The position numbers and the translations under genes were made by a program. A DNA stretch of 64,000 nt from an uncultured Ignavibacteria bacterium (GTDB taxonomy: Bacteria; Zixibacteria; MSB-5A5; WJJR01): the NCBI GenBank assembly GCA_964371625.1, contig CAYJMP010000002.1, positions 197,034 through 261,033 on the forward strand. Direction: 5' to 3'. The notes under the pieces are model-generated. The model had not been told where the DNA came from. It ran no database searches and saw only the letters and a program-made list of their open reading frames with translations. Each line of letters begins with the position of its first letter. The stretch's first letter is position 1. Positions 28,943-38,460 of this stretch are shown here, piece after piece.

Positions 28943-29806
28943 GTGGCACGCGCCGTCATCATCCTCATCCAATGCCGCGATCAGAAGGGATTGGTCGCCA
29001 AGATCAGCACCTTCTGGTATGAACGCGGATTCAATGTCCTCGACTGCCAACAGCATGTCGATAACGGCGAGGGCAACTTCTTCATGCGACTCAAGCTCGA
29101 CTTGGAAGGGTGGAGCTGGCCGGATGAGTCCATCGTGGGTGAATTCCAAGCACTTGCGAGTGCGCTGCACTTGTCATGGACAGTACGGGACACGGGTCGA
29201 CCGGAGAACGTGGCGATCCTCGTCTCCAAAGCGCCGCACTGCCTCTACGATCTCCTGGTCCGTCAACGCGAGGGTGAGCTCCCCTGTCAGATTCCGCTCA
29301 TCGTCAGCAATCACGATGACCTCGCCCCGATCGCATCGCAGTTCGGTATCCCCTACTGCCATCTACCGGTGACACAGGAAAGCAAGTCGGAGCAGGAGAT
29401 ACAGATTCGCAGGAAGATGAAGGAGCACTCAATTGGTCTCATCGTGCTGGCACGTTACATGCGAATTCTCAGCCCGCAGTTCGCTCTCGACTTCGCCGGA
29501 CGCATCATCAACATCCATCACGGCTTCCTGCCCGCCTTTCAGGGCGGGCATGCGTACCAGCGCGCCTATGAGCGCGGCGTCAAGATGATCGGAGCGACCG
29601 CGCACTATGTCACCGCCGATCTCGACGAGGGCCCGATCATCGAGCAGGATGTCGAGCGCGTCACGCACGAGGATTCTCCAAGGGACCTCGCCCGCATCGG
29701 CCACGACATCGAGCGTCTCGTCCTCGCCCGCGCCGTCAAGGCACACCTCGAGCACCGCGTCATCATCTCCGGCCGCAAGACTGTTGTCTTCTCCTCCGGC
29801 GTGTAG
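28943..29806 (+). CDS. purU: Formyltetrahydrofolate deformylase
   Basis: ACT-like N-terminus plus formyltransferase core (INIHHGFLPAF, HYVTADLDEGPII); GTG start. Confidence 0.85.
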   Translation: MARAVIILIQCRDQKGLVAKISTFWYERGFNVLDCQQHVDNGEGNFFMRLKLDLEGWSWPDESIVGEFQALASALHLSWTVRDTGRPENVAILVSKAPHCLYDLLVRQREGELPCQIPLIVSNHDDLAPIASQFGIPYCHLPVTQESKSEQEIQIRRKMKEHSIGLIVLARYMRILSPQFALDFAGRIINIHHGFLPAFQGGHAYQRAYERGVKMIGATAHYVTADLDEGPIIEQDVERVTHEDSPRDLARIGHDIERLVLARAVKAHLEHRVIISGRKTVVFSSGV

Positions 29807-29978
29807 GATCTGCGAAAGTGATTGCCTGCCACGCCGCCAGCAGATTATCTGTTCCCAGTGAGCTCGCACTCTCCCCTGTTGTGGGAGATGTAAGAGTGTG
29901 GACGCGGCACCGTAGCGGCACGGCCCTGCCGTGCCCAATTGCGCGCCGCTGACGCCGGATCCAAATAGGAGCAGTACT

Positions 29979-30485
29979 ATGAAGACCCTGTCCGACCGCT
30001 TCCGTAACTGGTACGACCACGAACGCGACTGCAACGCCAAGATCCTGACCATGCTCAATTCCGTGCCCGAGTCTCGTCGCACCGAGCCCGAATTCCGCCG
30101 CGCCCTCGACCTCGCGGCTCATCTGATCATGGCCCGACGCATGTGGCTGCATCGGATCGGCGAGTGGAAGGACAATCCCGGCGGTTGGGAAAAGGACGTC
30201 AAACTCGCGGAGCTACCACAGTTGATCGCGGACACCGAGAAGGCCTGGGCCGCCTATCTCGGAAGGCTCGACGACACGGCAATTGCCAAAGAATTGGTTT
30301 GGAAAGGCTGGGATGACCAGTACCGACGCTGGCCGATTGAGCTAATCCTGACACAAGTCTCCGGCCATGCCTGGTATCATCGCGGCCAGATCGTGGAGCT
30401 GGTGAGAATCCTCGGCGGCCAGACCACGAGCACCGACTACATCTTCTGGAATCGCCCCGCAATTATCCCCGACCCGAATGCCTGA
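29979..30485 (+). CDS. DinB/YfiT-like (DUF664-type) protein
   Basis: His-containing helices (HLIMARRMWLHR, HAWYHRGQ); start placed at ATG 29979 with AGGAG RBS. Confidence 0.5.
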   Translation: MKTLSDRFRNWYDHERDCNAKILTMLNSVPESRRTEPEFRRALDLAAHLIMARRMWLHRIGEWKDNPGGWEKDVKLAELPQLIADTEKAWAAYLGRLDDTAIAKELVWKGWDDQYRRWPIELILTQVSGHAWYHRGQIVELVRILGGQTTSTDYIFWNRPAIIPDPNA

Positions 30486-30574
30486 GCGAATCGGCGGTTT
30501 CTGGGGAGGGCGAGGCTCCCGCCGAGCCTGCTCTTGAGGTGAGACGATTTCGTCACTCTCGCGAGAGCGGGAAT

Positions 30575-31993
30575 CTACGCTCTCAAAGCCCCTGACTCGG
30601 TTGCCAGCTTGTTCACTCCCGCCAGCGCCGCCACTTTGTAACATTCAGCGAGTGTAGGATAGTTGAAGACCGAATCGATCAGCACATCGATCGTGCCGTC
30701 GTGCGCCAGCACCATTTGCCCGATATGCACCAACTCCGTCGCGCCCTCGCCGATAATGTGGACGCCGAGAAGCTTCCGCGTCTTCTGATGAAAGAGCAGT
30801 TTCAGGAATCCATGCTCATCGCCGATGATCTGTCCGCGCGCGATCTCGCGATAATGGGCCACGCCAACTTCGTATGCGACTCCGTCGCGGGTCAGTTCTT
30901 CTTCCGTCTTCCCGACATATGAGATCTCAGGGATGGTGTAGATACCATAGGGGAACATGTTCGGCATCGAAGTGCAGCCGGCGCCCATCGCCGCGCAGGC
31001 CGCCAAACGTCCCTGCTCCATCGAAGTCGATGCCAGCGAGGGAAAGCCGATCACGTCACCCGCCGCGTAAATGTTCGGTACATCAGTCCGGTAATTCGCA
31101 TCGACTTTGATCCGTCCACGGTCATCGGCGCTGATCCTTGCCGCCTCGAGATTCAACGCATCGGTATTTCCGACACGTCCGGCCGCATAAAGGAGCGCGT
31201 CAGAGGTAATCGTTTTGTTGCTGGCCAGCTGCGCCACCACTTTGCCAGCGTCATCGTGCGTCACGCCCGCGACCTCTTCCCCGAAACGAAACACCGTATC
31301 CATCGCGCGCATGTGATAGCCCAGCGCTTCGACGATCTCCGTATCGACAAAGTCCAGGACGCGCGGGCGCTTTTCCACCAGTGTCACCCGGACGCCCAAT
31401 GCGGCCATCACGCAAGCGTATTCGATGCCGATCACGCCGCCTCCGACAACAGTGATGCTGCGCGGCAACTCGTCGCGTTTCAAACTCCACAACTGATCGG
31501 TGTCCATCACCGTGTCGCCATCAAACGGGATGAGAGGTGGACGTGCCGGGCGGGTGCCGACGGCGATGATAATCTTGTCGGCGCGGATTTCGTACGCCGT
31601 AGTGCCGCTGCTAATGCTGAGCACATAGGGATCGACAAACGACGCGGTGCCACTGAGCACTTCGACATTGTTGCGCAGGAAATGCAGGCGAAAGATATCG
31701 GTCTCCTGCGTCACCACGCGATCGACGCGCAGACGCAAATCCGGCATCGTGATCTTGTCTTTGACCCGATACGAAGCGCCGTAAAGGCCGCGCTGGCGAA
31801 AGCCGGTCAGATACAGAATGGCTTCCCGCAGCGTCTTGCTGGGAATCGTCCCTGCGTTGAGAGCGACACCTCCAAGCGTGCTACGTTTTTCGATAACGGC
31901 AACTGACTTCCCAAGCTTGGCGCCCTGGATGGCAGCATGATGTCCGGCTGGACCGGATCCAATGACAACGAGATCGAATCGACGTGATTCCAT
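30575..31993 (-). CDS. FAD-dependent pyridine nucleotide-disulfide oxidoreductase, soluble transhydrogenase (SthA)-like
   Basis: FAD motif VIGSGPAGHHAA, GGVALNAGTIPSK (no redox-active Cys pair), NAD motif VVGGGVIGIEYA; start at internal ATG 31993 with GGAGAG RBS. Confidence 0.75.
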   Translation of the reverse strand: MESRRFDLVVIGSGPAGHHAAIQGAKLGKSVAVIEKRSTLGGVALNAGTIPSKTLREAILYLTGFRQRGLYGASYRVKDKITMPDLRLRVDRVVTQETDIFRLHFLRNNVEVLSGTASFVDPYVLSISSGTTAYEIRADKIIIAVGTRPARPPLIPFDGDTVMDTDQLWSLKRDELPRSITVVGGGVIGIEYACVMAALGVRVTLVEKRPRVLDFVDTEIVEALGYHMRAMDTVFRFGEEVAGVTHDDAGKVVAQLASNKTITSDALLYAAGRVGNTDALNLEAARISADDRGRIKVDANYRTDVPNIYAAGDVIGFPSLASTSMEQGRLAACAAMGAGCTSMPNMFPYGIYTIPEISYVGKTEEELTRDGVAYEVGVAHYREIARGQIIGDEHGFLKLLFHQKTRKLLGVHIIGEGATELVHIGQMVLAHDGTIDVLIDSVFNYPTLAECYKVAALAGVNKLATESGALRA

Positions 31994-32141
31994 GGCTCTC
32001 CGTGATGTGTGAATCCCTGCCCCTGCACTGGTAGGATACTGGACATTTTCAGTCACGTCCACCGAAGACACAGGGCTCCCGCACGACCTCGGAACCCAAT
32101 TGTGTTACTATTGTTGGAGTGGAAAAAGAAGGAGCCCCCCC

Positions 32142-32621
32142 ATGAACACATCGATCGACCCGCGTGTCGACATCGGGCACGTTCACCTGAAAGTCGCCGA
32201 CCTCGATCGCGCGATTGCATTCTATTCCGGCGTCCTCGGGTTTGAGATTACCGGCCGTCTCGGGACACAGGCGGCCTTTCTCGCCGCTGGCGAATATCAC
32301 CATCATATTGGGCTGAACACCTGGGAGAGTGCCGGCGGTTCGCCGCCGCCCCGCAGCAACACTGGTCTGTATCATGTCGCAATCCGCTATCCCGATCGGA
32401 AGTCTCTCGCGGACGCCTTGCGGCGCCTCGCGGCGGCGGGAGTTCAACTCCAGGGGGCCGCAGATCATGGCGTGAGCGAGGCGCTCTACCTTCGCGATCC
32501 GGATCAAAACGGCGTCGAGCTGTACTGGGACCGTCCCCGCGAAGAATGGCCGCGTGACCTGAAAGGGAACTTGAAGATGGTGACCGATCCGCTCGATCTG
32601 GAGTCACTCCTGGAAGAGTAG
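32142..32621 (+). CDS. VOC/glyoxalase-family protein
   Basis: Glyoxalase-fold sequence (IGHVHLKVADLDRAIAFY); AAGGAG RBS before ATG 32142. Confidence 0.7.
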   Translation: MNTSIDPRVDIGHVHLKVADLDRAIAFYSGVLGFEITGRLGTQAAFLAAGEYHHHIGLNTWESAGGSPPPRSNTGLYHVAIRYPDRKSLADALRRLAAAGVQLQGAADHGVSEALYLRDPDQNGVELYWDRPREEWPRDLKGNLKMVTDPLDLESLLEE

Positions 32622-32789
32622 CGAGATGAAATCATCGTGAGACGGAGCACATTCCCCAGTGTCGCACCCGCGTTCTGCCAAAAATACTGCTCGGATAACG
32701 ACTGCCATTAGTCGTCCTTGCCATTGGTGGATTGGACAGGTCGTCCGATCCCGAATTGGCGCTCGGTGCTTTTTTGAGAGGAGCAAGGC

Positions 32790-33164
32790 ATGAAGATTTT
32801 CGTCGGAGGTTTGTCTTATGAAGTCACCGACGCCGCCCTGAAGGATCTGTTCACACCCTACGGAGCCGTGGAATCGGCCGCGGTTGTAACGGACCGTTAC
32901 AGCGGCCAACCGCGCGGCTTCGGATTTGTGGAAATGCCCACACGGAGCGAAGCGATTGCCGCCATCAGCGCGCTGTCCGGAACAGAACTGATGGGACGTA
33001 CCCTTGAAGTGAATGAAGCGCGCCCTCCCGTGGATCGTGGCGGACATCGTGGTGGCCCCCCTCGCGGTGGACGCGGTGGAGGCGACCGCGACCGGCGTGG
33101 CGGCGGTGGCGGTAAGCGCTCTGGCGGCGGTGGTGGTGGCCGCGACCGCGACCGACGCTACTAA
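32790..33164 (+). CDS. RRM-type RNA-binding protein with Gly/Arg-rich tail
   Basis: RNP motifs KIFVGGLSY and RGFGFVEM; RGG/GGGG-rich C-terminus; GAGGAG RBS. Confidence 0.8.
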   Translation: MKIFVGGLSYEVTDAALKDLFTPYGAVESAAVVTDRYSGQPRGFGFVEMPTRSEAIAAISALSGTELMGRTLEVNEARPPVDRGGHRGGPPRGGRGGGDRDRRGGGGGKRSGGGGGGRDRDRRY

Positions 33165-33187
33165 TTTCACTCGATGATCTCGCGAAA

Positions 33188-33236
33188 CGTCATTCCTCAT
33201 TCCGTCGCTCTTTGACGGAATGAGGAATCTTTTTTC
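33188..33236 (+). terminator. Strong rho-independent terminator after RRM gene
   Basis: 15-bp perfect stem attcctcattccgtc/gacggaatgaggaat, loop gctcttt, followed by cttttttcc. Confidence 0.65.
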
Positions 33237-33350
33237 CGCCTCCCTAGCATTCAAACGGCTATCAGAGGGAACACGATCTTGTGGAGGGCGAGCGTCCTCG
33301 CGAGCCTGCTCTTTCCGCGTCGGAATCGATGGCACTAAGCCACCCCCCCC

Positions 33351-33384
33351 AAAAACAACCCCCGGCAGGCAAGCCTACCGGGGG
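33351..33384 (-). terminator. Terminator-like hairpin after cold-shock gene
   Basis: cccccggcagg / cctaccggggg stem (1 mismatch); on minus strand followed by U-rich uuguuuuug. Confidence 0.45.
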
Positions 33385-33410
33385 TCTCTTGTGTCGCAGA
33401 TTCTTAGAAG

Positions 33411-33611
33411 TTAGACCTTGCGCACATTCGCCGCTTGCGGACCCTTCGGGCCCTGCACAACGTCGAACTGCACCTGGTCGCCTTCGGCCAAGCTACGGAA
33501 TCCTTCCGCCTGGATGGCTTCGTGATGTACGAATACATCCTTGCCGCCCTCCTGCGAAATGAAACCATATCCCTTGGCATCGTTGAACCACTTGACGGTT
33601 CCTTGCGCCAT
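33411..33611 (-). CDS. Cold-shock protein (CspA family)
   Basis: [15 protein letters not shown] and VFVHH RNA-binding motifs; start at internal ATG ([10 protein letters not shown]). Confidence 0.85.
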   Translation of the reverse strand: MAQGTVKWFNDAKGYGFISQEGGKDVFVHHEAIQAEGFRSLAEGDQVQFDVVQGPKGPQAANVRKV

Positions 33612-34105
33612 GACACGTTCCTTTTGCTTCTGTGAACAAATCGGTGTCCACGGTCCGTTGGCCCCGACGGCCTGTGAAACCATTCGATCTTTTCTGCGAG
33701 TGCCGTCGGAGATGAACCGTGCGGTCAGTCTTTGGAAAAGTCAGTGGCTTCGTGCTACTGATCCTACAATACGGCAAATCCGGCAGAATATTAAGCGGTA
33801 TTTCCGATTATGCGCTCAAGCTCTTTCACTACAGCGTGTTACCAAACCGTTCCGTGATGCCCTCCAGGCAGCTCCGCTACGATTCGGACATGACGGGGAC
33901 CCTTTTCCGCTGGCCTTGGTTTAAATGGAAAGGTATCATGGTTCGAACATTCGTGGCATCCAACTAACAATCCAGCTTGCCACTTGGTCATTCCCGCGGG
34001 GGATGACTCCCGCGGGCTTGCTGTAAGACACAGACTCACACTCCACCCACCGATGTCGATTGTGGCAACGCTGGTCAGGGAGAGGAGCAATTATGGTCGT
34101 TACGC

Positions 34106-35734
34106 GTGCGTAAACTACGAATCGGCATCCTCGATCTGGTCGCCAAGAACTCGAATCCCGGCCTCTGGGCCCGGGTCATGAACGCCAACTTCGCCAGCAT
34201 CATGCCGCAAGCCGTGGCCTGCTGGTGCGAAGAAGAAGGACACGAAGTCACGCTCATCTGCTACACGGGCTTCGAAGACCTACGGACTGAACTTTCCCAC
34301 GATCTCGACATTCTCTTCATCACTGCCTTTACGCAATCCGCACAGTTGTCTTACGCGCTCTCGCGCATGTTCCAGGCCAAAGGCACTGTCACGGTCCTCG
34401 GCGGCCCGCACGCGCGTTGTTATCCCGAAGACGGCCTCAAGTATTTCGACTACGTCACCGGCTTCACCGACAAGACTGTCATCCGCGACATATTGCAGGA
34501 CTGCTCGCAACATCGCCCGATCGGCCAGCATGTCTCCGCTGAGCGTCAGCCCAATGCGTTGCCGGGAGTACGCGAGCGATGGAAGTTCATCGACGCCACA
34601 TTGAAGAAGGCCCCGTTCATCAAGATCGTTCCGATGATCTCCAGTGTCGGCTGTCCTTACACCTGCAGCTTTTGCATCGATGCCGCTGTGCCCTTCCAGC
34701 AGTTGGCGTTCAGCCAACTGAAGGAGGACTTGAGCTTCCTCCTCACCAAATTCAAACGGCCGCGTGTCGGCTGGCATGATCCCAACTTCGGCGTGCGTTT
34801 CGATGATTGCATGGATGCGATCGAAGAAGTCGTGCCCGAGAATACGATCGACTTCATCGCCGAGAGCAGTCTCTCGATCCTCTCGGAAGAGCATGTCCTG
34901 CGGATGAAGCGCAATGGCTTCAAGGCGCTACTGCCCGGCATCGAAACCTGGTATGAACTGGGCGGCAAGTCGAAGACCGGCGCCAACAAAGGGATGGAAA
35001 AGGTCAACCGTGTCGCCGATCAGGTGAACATGATCATGCGCCACATTCCCTATGTGCAGACGAATTTTGTCTTCGGTCTCGATTCCGACGAGGGCCCCGA
35101 TCCTTTCGAACTGACCAAGCGGTTTCTCGACAAGGCTCCCGGCGCTTTTCCGGCCTTCTCGCTTTTGACCTCATTCGGCAAGGCCGCGCAACTCAATCTC
35201 GAATACCAGCGCGCCGGACGCGTCCTGCCGTTCCCGCACCATTTCCTTAATAACAACCATGCGATGAACGTACGCGTGAAAAACTATGAGTGGAAGACCT
35301 TTTACGATCATGTCATCGATCTGACATCGTATGCGTGTTCGAATTCGATGAAGATGAAACGTCTGCGCGCCAACGGCCTCTCGATTCCGGGGATGTTGAA
35401 CCTGGTGCGCGCGATGTCGACCGAGGGCGCCGGACGCATCAAGTATTACAGCAAGGTCCGCGCGAATCTGGATGGCGATATGGGATTCCGCGCCTACTTC
35501 GAGCAAGAGTCAAACAACCTGCCGAATTTCTACCTGCATCACATGAAACGCGACCTCGCCTCGTTCTGGGAGTGGCTCCCCGAAGAAGCGGTCCATCATG
35601 ATCCGTACGCCTATCTCAACGGCGAAAACGGCAACGGGAATGGCAACGGTCATCTGCAATTAGTCCCCGTCGCCGGGAAAGCCCCTGCGCAGACACAAGC
35701 GCAAGAGCTTGGGATTCCTGCCACGCCGCGGTAG
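34106..35734 (+). CDS. B12-binding-domain radical SAM protein
   Basis: N-terminal B12-binding-like region, CPYTCSFC (Cx3Cx2C) motif; C-terminal NGENGNGNGNG repeat; GTG start. Confidence 0.7.
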   Translation: MRKLRIGILDLVAKNSNPGLWARVMNANFASIMPQAVACWCEEEGHEVTLICYTGFEDLRTELSHDLDILFITAFTQSAQLSYALSRMFQAKGTVTVLGGPHARCYPEDGLKYFDYVTGFTDKTVIRDILQDCSQHRPIGQHVSAERQPNALPGVRERWKFIDATLKKAPFIKIVPMISSVGCPYTCSFCIDAAVPFQQLAFSQLKEDLSFLLTKFKRPRVGWHDPNFGVRFDDCMDAIEEVVPENTIDFIAESSLSILSEEHVLRMKRNGFKALLPGIETWYELGGKSKTGANKGMEKVNRVADQVNMIMRHIPYVQTNFVFGLDSDEGPDPFELTKRFLDKAPGAFPAFSLLTSFGKAAQLNLEYQRAGRVLPFPHHFLNNNHAMNVRVKNYEWKTFYDHVIDLTSYACSNSMKMKRLRANGLSIPGMLNLVRAMSTEGAGRIKYYSKVRANLDGDMGFRAYFEQESNNLPNFYLHHMKRDLASFWEWLPEEAVHHDPYAYLNGENGNGNGNGHLQLVPVAGKAPAQTQAQELGIPATPR

Positions 35735-35980
35735 CATGTCGCATGACCGAGGTGTGACCCTGACGGCCTCGCAGGACTTCCGTAGGCAGCTCGAAGATCA
35801 CATAGAAGCCAAGACCCCGAACGGTACTTGGCGAAAAAGGGTCCGTATGCCTACATTCGCGAGGCATGGATGCGCGGGCGAGGGTCGCTCGGCGTTCGAG
35901 CCGTGCGAGTATAGACTCCGACGAGCCTTGATATCGATTTCCGCGCTCTTCGAACCTGGTGACCACCAAGGTACACAGCC

Positions 35981-38449
35981 ATGATCGAGCTACACGCCAA
36001 GATTAAGGAAGTCGCGGGGAAACCCGAGGGCCAGGTCCTTGTAAACATCAATTACGATATCATCAAACAGATGTCAGCGCAGCTTTACACGAATCCACGA
36101 AAGGCGATCGAGGAGCTGGTCTGCAATGGGTACGATGCTGGTGCAACCGAGTGTCATGTAAAACTGCCGCTGAATGAGTCCGATTCACTTGTCGTACTGG
36201 ACGACGGGGTCTCGATGGATCTCAATGGTCTCAGAGACCTTTGGATGGTAGCAAAGAGCCCAAAGTTGCCCGATCAGAATGGTCGAAGAGTTGGCAATAA
36301 CCGACTGCAAATAGGGAAGTTTGGTGTCGGCAAACTTGCCGCGTATGCTTTGGGCAGCCGATTGACTCATGTCGCTACCGTGGCAGGTGTGACAAGAGTC
36401 GTATCGGTTGGCGAAGATGAGATCAAAGAGCAACAAGGAGGTCGTGCTCCCAAATTCGAGGTCTACAAGATGCCAGAGTCGCAAGCGCGACAATACCTGG
36501 AACCTTACCTCGGTACCCTCCCCCGCCCATGGGATCGCGGATGGGACAGCTGGACCATCGCGGTGGTTGAGGGTGTAGAAAGCGGCAATATCGCTCGGGC
36601 TCTGAAGATCGGGATTCTCCGCAGGATGATCACGGCTGCGCTTCCGATTTCAAAGTCGTTCAAAGTCGTCCTCGAGGGAGAGACCGTCCCAATCCGAAAG
36701 ATCGAGCAAGCGGACATTGAACTCACGATTGACATTGGTGACGCAGAATTCCGCAAAAAACTTGAGTCAAATCTACGCGACTATTGGCAGAAACAGTTGT
36801 CGGCGACAACGCCGGAAGACGTGCCGGCCTCCTACTACAAACTCTCGAAGCAGAGAACGCCAGATCCTCTGGATGTAAGCAAAGAACTCAATGCAATCAA
36901 CGTGCCTCACTTGGGCCCAGTGGTAGGCAACGCCATACTTGCCAAGCACACCCTCACTACCGAGAAACTCGATGAGCGCGGGTATGTTAGCCACGGCTTC
37001 GCGGTTAAGGCGAATGGGAAATTAGTCAACCCGGAGGATGAACTGTTCGGGATATCTCCCCGGAGCCATGCGTATTGGAGACGATTCTTGGCGCGAGTCG
37101 AAATGCCGGGACTCGATGACGTTCTCTTGGTTCAACGAAATGCTGTCTCAGAAAAGAATCAGATGGCGCAAGTGGCACGTGAGGTATTGCGAACTCTTTT
37201 CGAGTACACTCGAACTCAATCCGAAGCAGCACTTGAGGCAGATGAGGTTCCACTAGAACCTTTCGGGTCAAAAGTTTCCAAAATTGCTCCGATGCTGGCT
37301 CCGTTGGCGCTTGAAGCGCTCAGCGGAGGAACTTTGCCTACAGACGGCCCAGCATCGGTGAAGATAGATTTCGTGACCCTCAAAGAAAGCAACTCTGCAG
37401 CTCAGTACGACGCGACTGATCATACAATTCAAGTAAACGTAGAGCATCCCATCATTGCTGCTCTCAATGACCTCCAGCGAGAGAATCAAAAACAATGGCG
37501 GAGAGTAATTGGCGAGATCGTGGCGGGCGGCAAGCTCGTGGAGGGACTTCTCATTGCGAGAGCGGTCAGGTCAGAAGTTATAAGTGAAGTTGAAGAGCTT
37601 CTGGATACAACACTACGCAGCGCTGCGAGCTTTATCCGTGACCCCGTAGAGGAGCATATCAGGGAGATCGATGAAGCTTCCTATGAGGGGGGAACCCGAT
37701 TCGAGAATGCAGTGGTAAATGCTCTGAGGAGTATGCGTCTAGTTGCATGGCACATTGGCGGTGCCGATAACCCAGATGGCATAGTTGAAATTCCAAGAGC
37801 TGGAGCGAAAAACCTCAGGATTTCTATCGAGGCTAAGGGGACGAAGGGAGTAATAACACACACAGAACTCAGCCAGGCTACTGTGGCTCGCCACGAAATG
37901 GAATCTGGCTGCACTTCCTCAGTGGCAATAGCACGAGAGTACCAAACCGAAGGTATTGGCGGCCAAGATAGTGGCTTAGTGCGGGAAACACAGGGAAAGC
38001 TCCCTCTACTGACGGTGTCCGCGATATCTAAGATGCTAAAGCTTCAACAGAAGCGACGGTTCACATATGACATGGTGGCCAAAATACTCACAATCTGGAC
38101 CGACCCGGAGGAGCTCGACGGCTTCGTGGAAGAGACATGGAGACAGCTGCCTGAGACTGGGCTAATGAGGCTGATTCTTGAGGTTGCGCATGACAAGATA
38201 GCAAACCACGAAGAAAACCTTCCCGATCCTGGTATGTTGGTTGATGATCCCCGTCTTGCTAAGCTAAAGATCAAGAAGGAGGCAGTCATTCATGTCCTGC
38301 AAGCAGTGGCCTTCACTACTAGAATGATAACCATACAGAATACGAGCAACTACGAATTCACGTTGAATGCGCCTGTGGAAACCATCCTCGACGCGATGAC
38401 CAAGGCCTCACAGGAGCAAATCGAGACGACGTCTAAATCTAAGTGTTGA
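35981..38449 (+). CDS. GHKL (MORC/HATPase_c_3-like) ATPase fused to a C-terminal PD-(D/E)xK-like nuclease motif
   Basis: Bergerat-fold motifs: N-box ELVCNGYDAGA, G1-like VLDDGVSMD, G2 GKFGVGKLAAYALG; C-terminal DNPDGIVEIP...LRISIEAKG resembles D...ExK; gene sits in a visibly AT-richer segment. Confidence 0.7.
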   Translation: MIELHAKIKEVAGKPEGQVLVNINYDIIKQMSAQLYTNPRKAIEELVCNGYDAGATECHVKLPLNESDSLVVLDDGVSMDLNGLRDLWMVAKSPKLPDQNGRRVGNNRLQIGKFGVGKLAAYALGSRLTHVATVAGVTRVVSVGEDEIKEQQGGRAPKFEVYKMPESQARQYLEPYLGTLPRPWDRGWDSWTIAVVEGVESGNIARALKIGILRRMITAALPISKSFKVVLEGETVPIRKIEQADIELTIDIGDAEFRKKLESNLRDYWQKQLSATTPEDVPASYYKLSKQRTPDPLDVSKELNAINVPHLGPVVGNAILAKHTLTTEKLDERGYVSHGFAVKANGKLVNPEDELFGISPRSHAYWRRFLARVEMPGLDDVLLVQRNAVSEKNQMAQVAREVLRTLFEYTRTQSEAALEADEVPLEPFGSKVSKIAPMLAPLALEALSGGTLPTDGPASVKIDFVTLKESNSAAQYDATDHTIQVNVEHPIIAALNDLQRENQKQWRRVIGEIVAGGKLVEGLLIARAVRSEVISEVEELLDTTLRSAASFIRDPVEEHIREIDEASYEGGTRFENAVVNALRSMRLVAWHIGGADNPDGIVEIPRAGAKNLRISIEAKGTKGVITHTELSQATVARHEMESGCTSSVAIAREYQTEGIGGQDSGLVRETQGKLPLLTVSAISKMLKLQQKRRFTYDMVAKILTIWTDPEELDGFVEETWRQLPETGLMRLILEVAHDKIANHEENLPDPGMLVDDPRLAKLKIKKEAVIHVLQAVAFTTRMITIQNTSNYEFTLNAPVETILDAMTKASQEQIETTSKSKC

Positions 38450-38460
38450 GAATTGGGTCA

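Noticed and set aside
28786-29022. ORF 28786..29022 (plus) and 28941..29372 (plus) upstream of and overlapping purU
   Set aside because: They overlap the purU start in other frames, have no recognisable motifs, and purU with its GTG start at 28943 accounts for the region.
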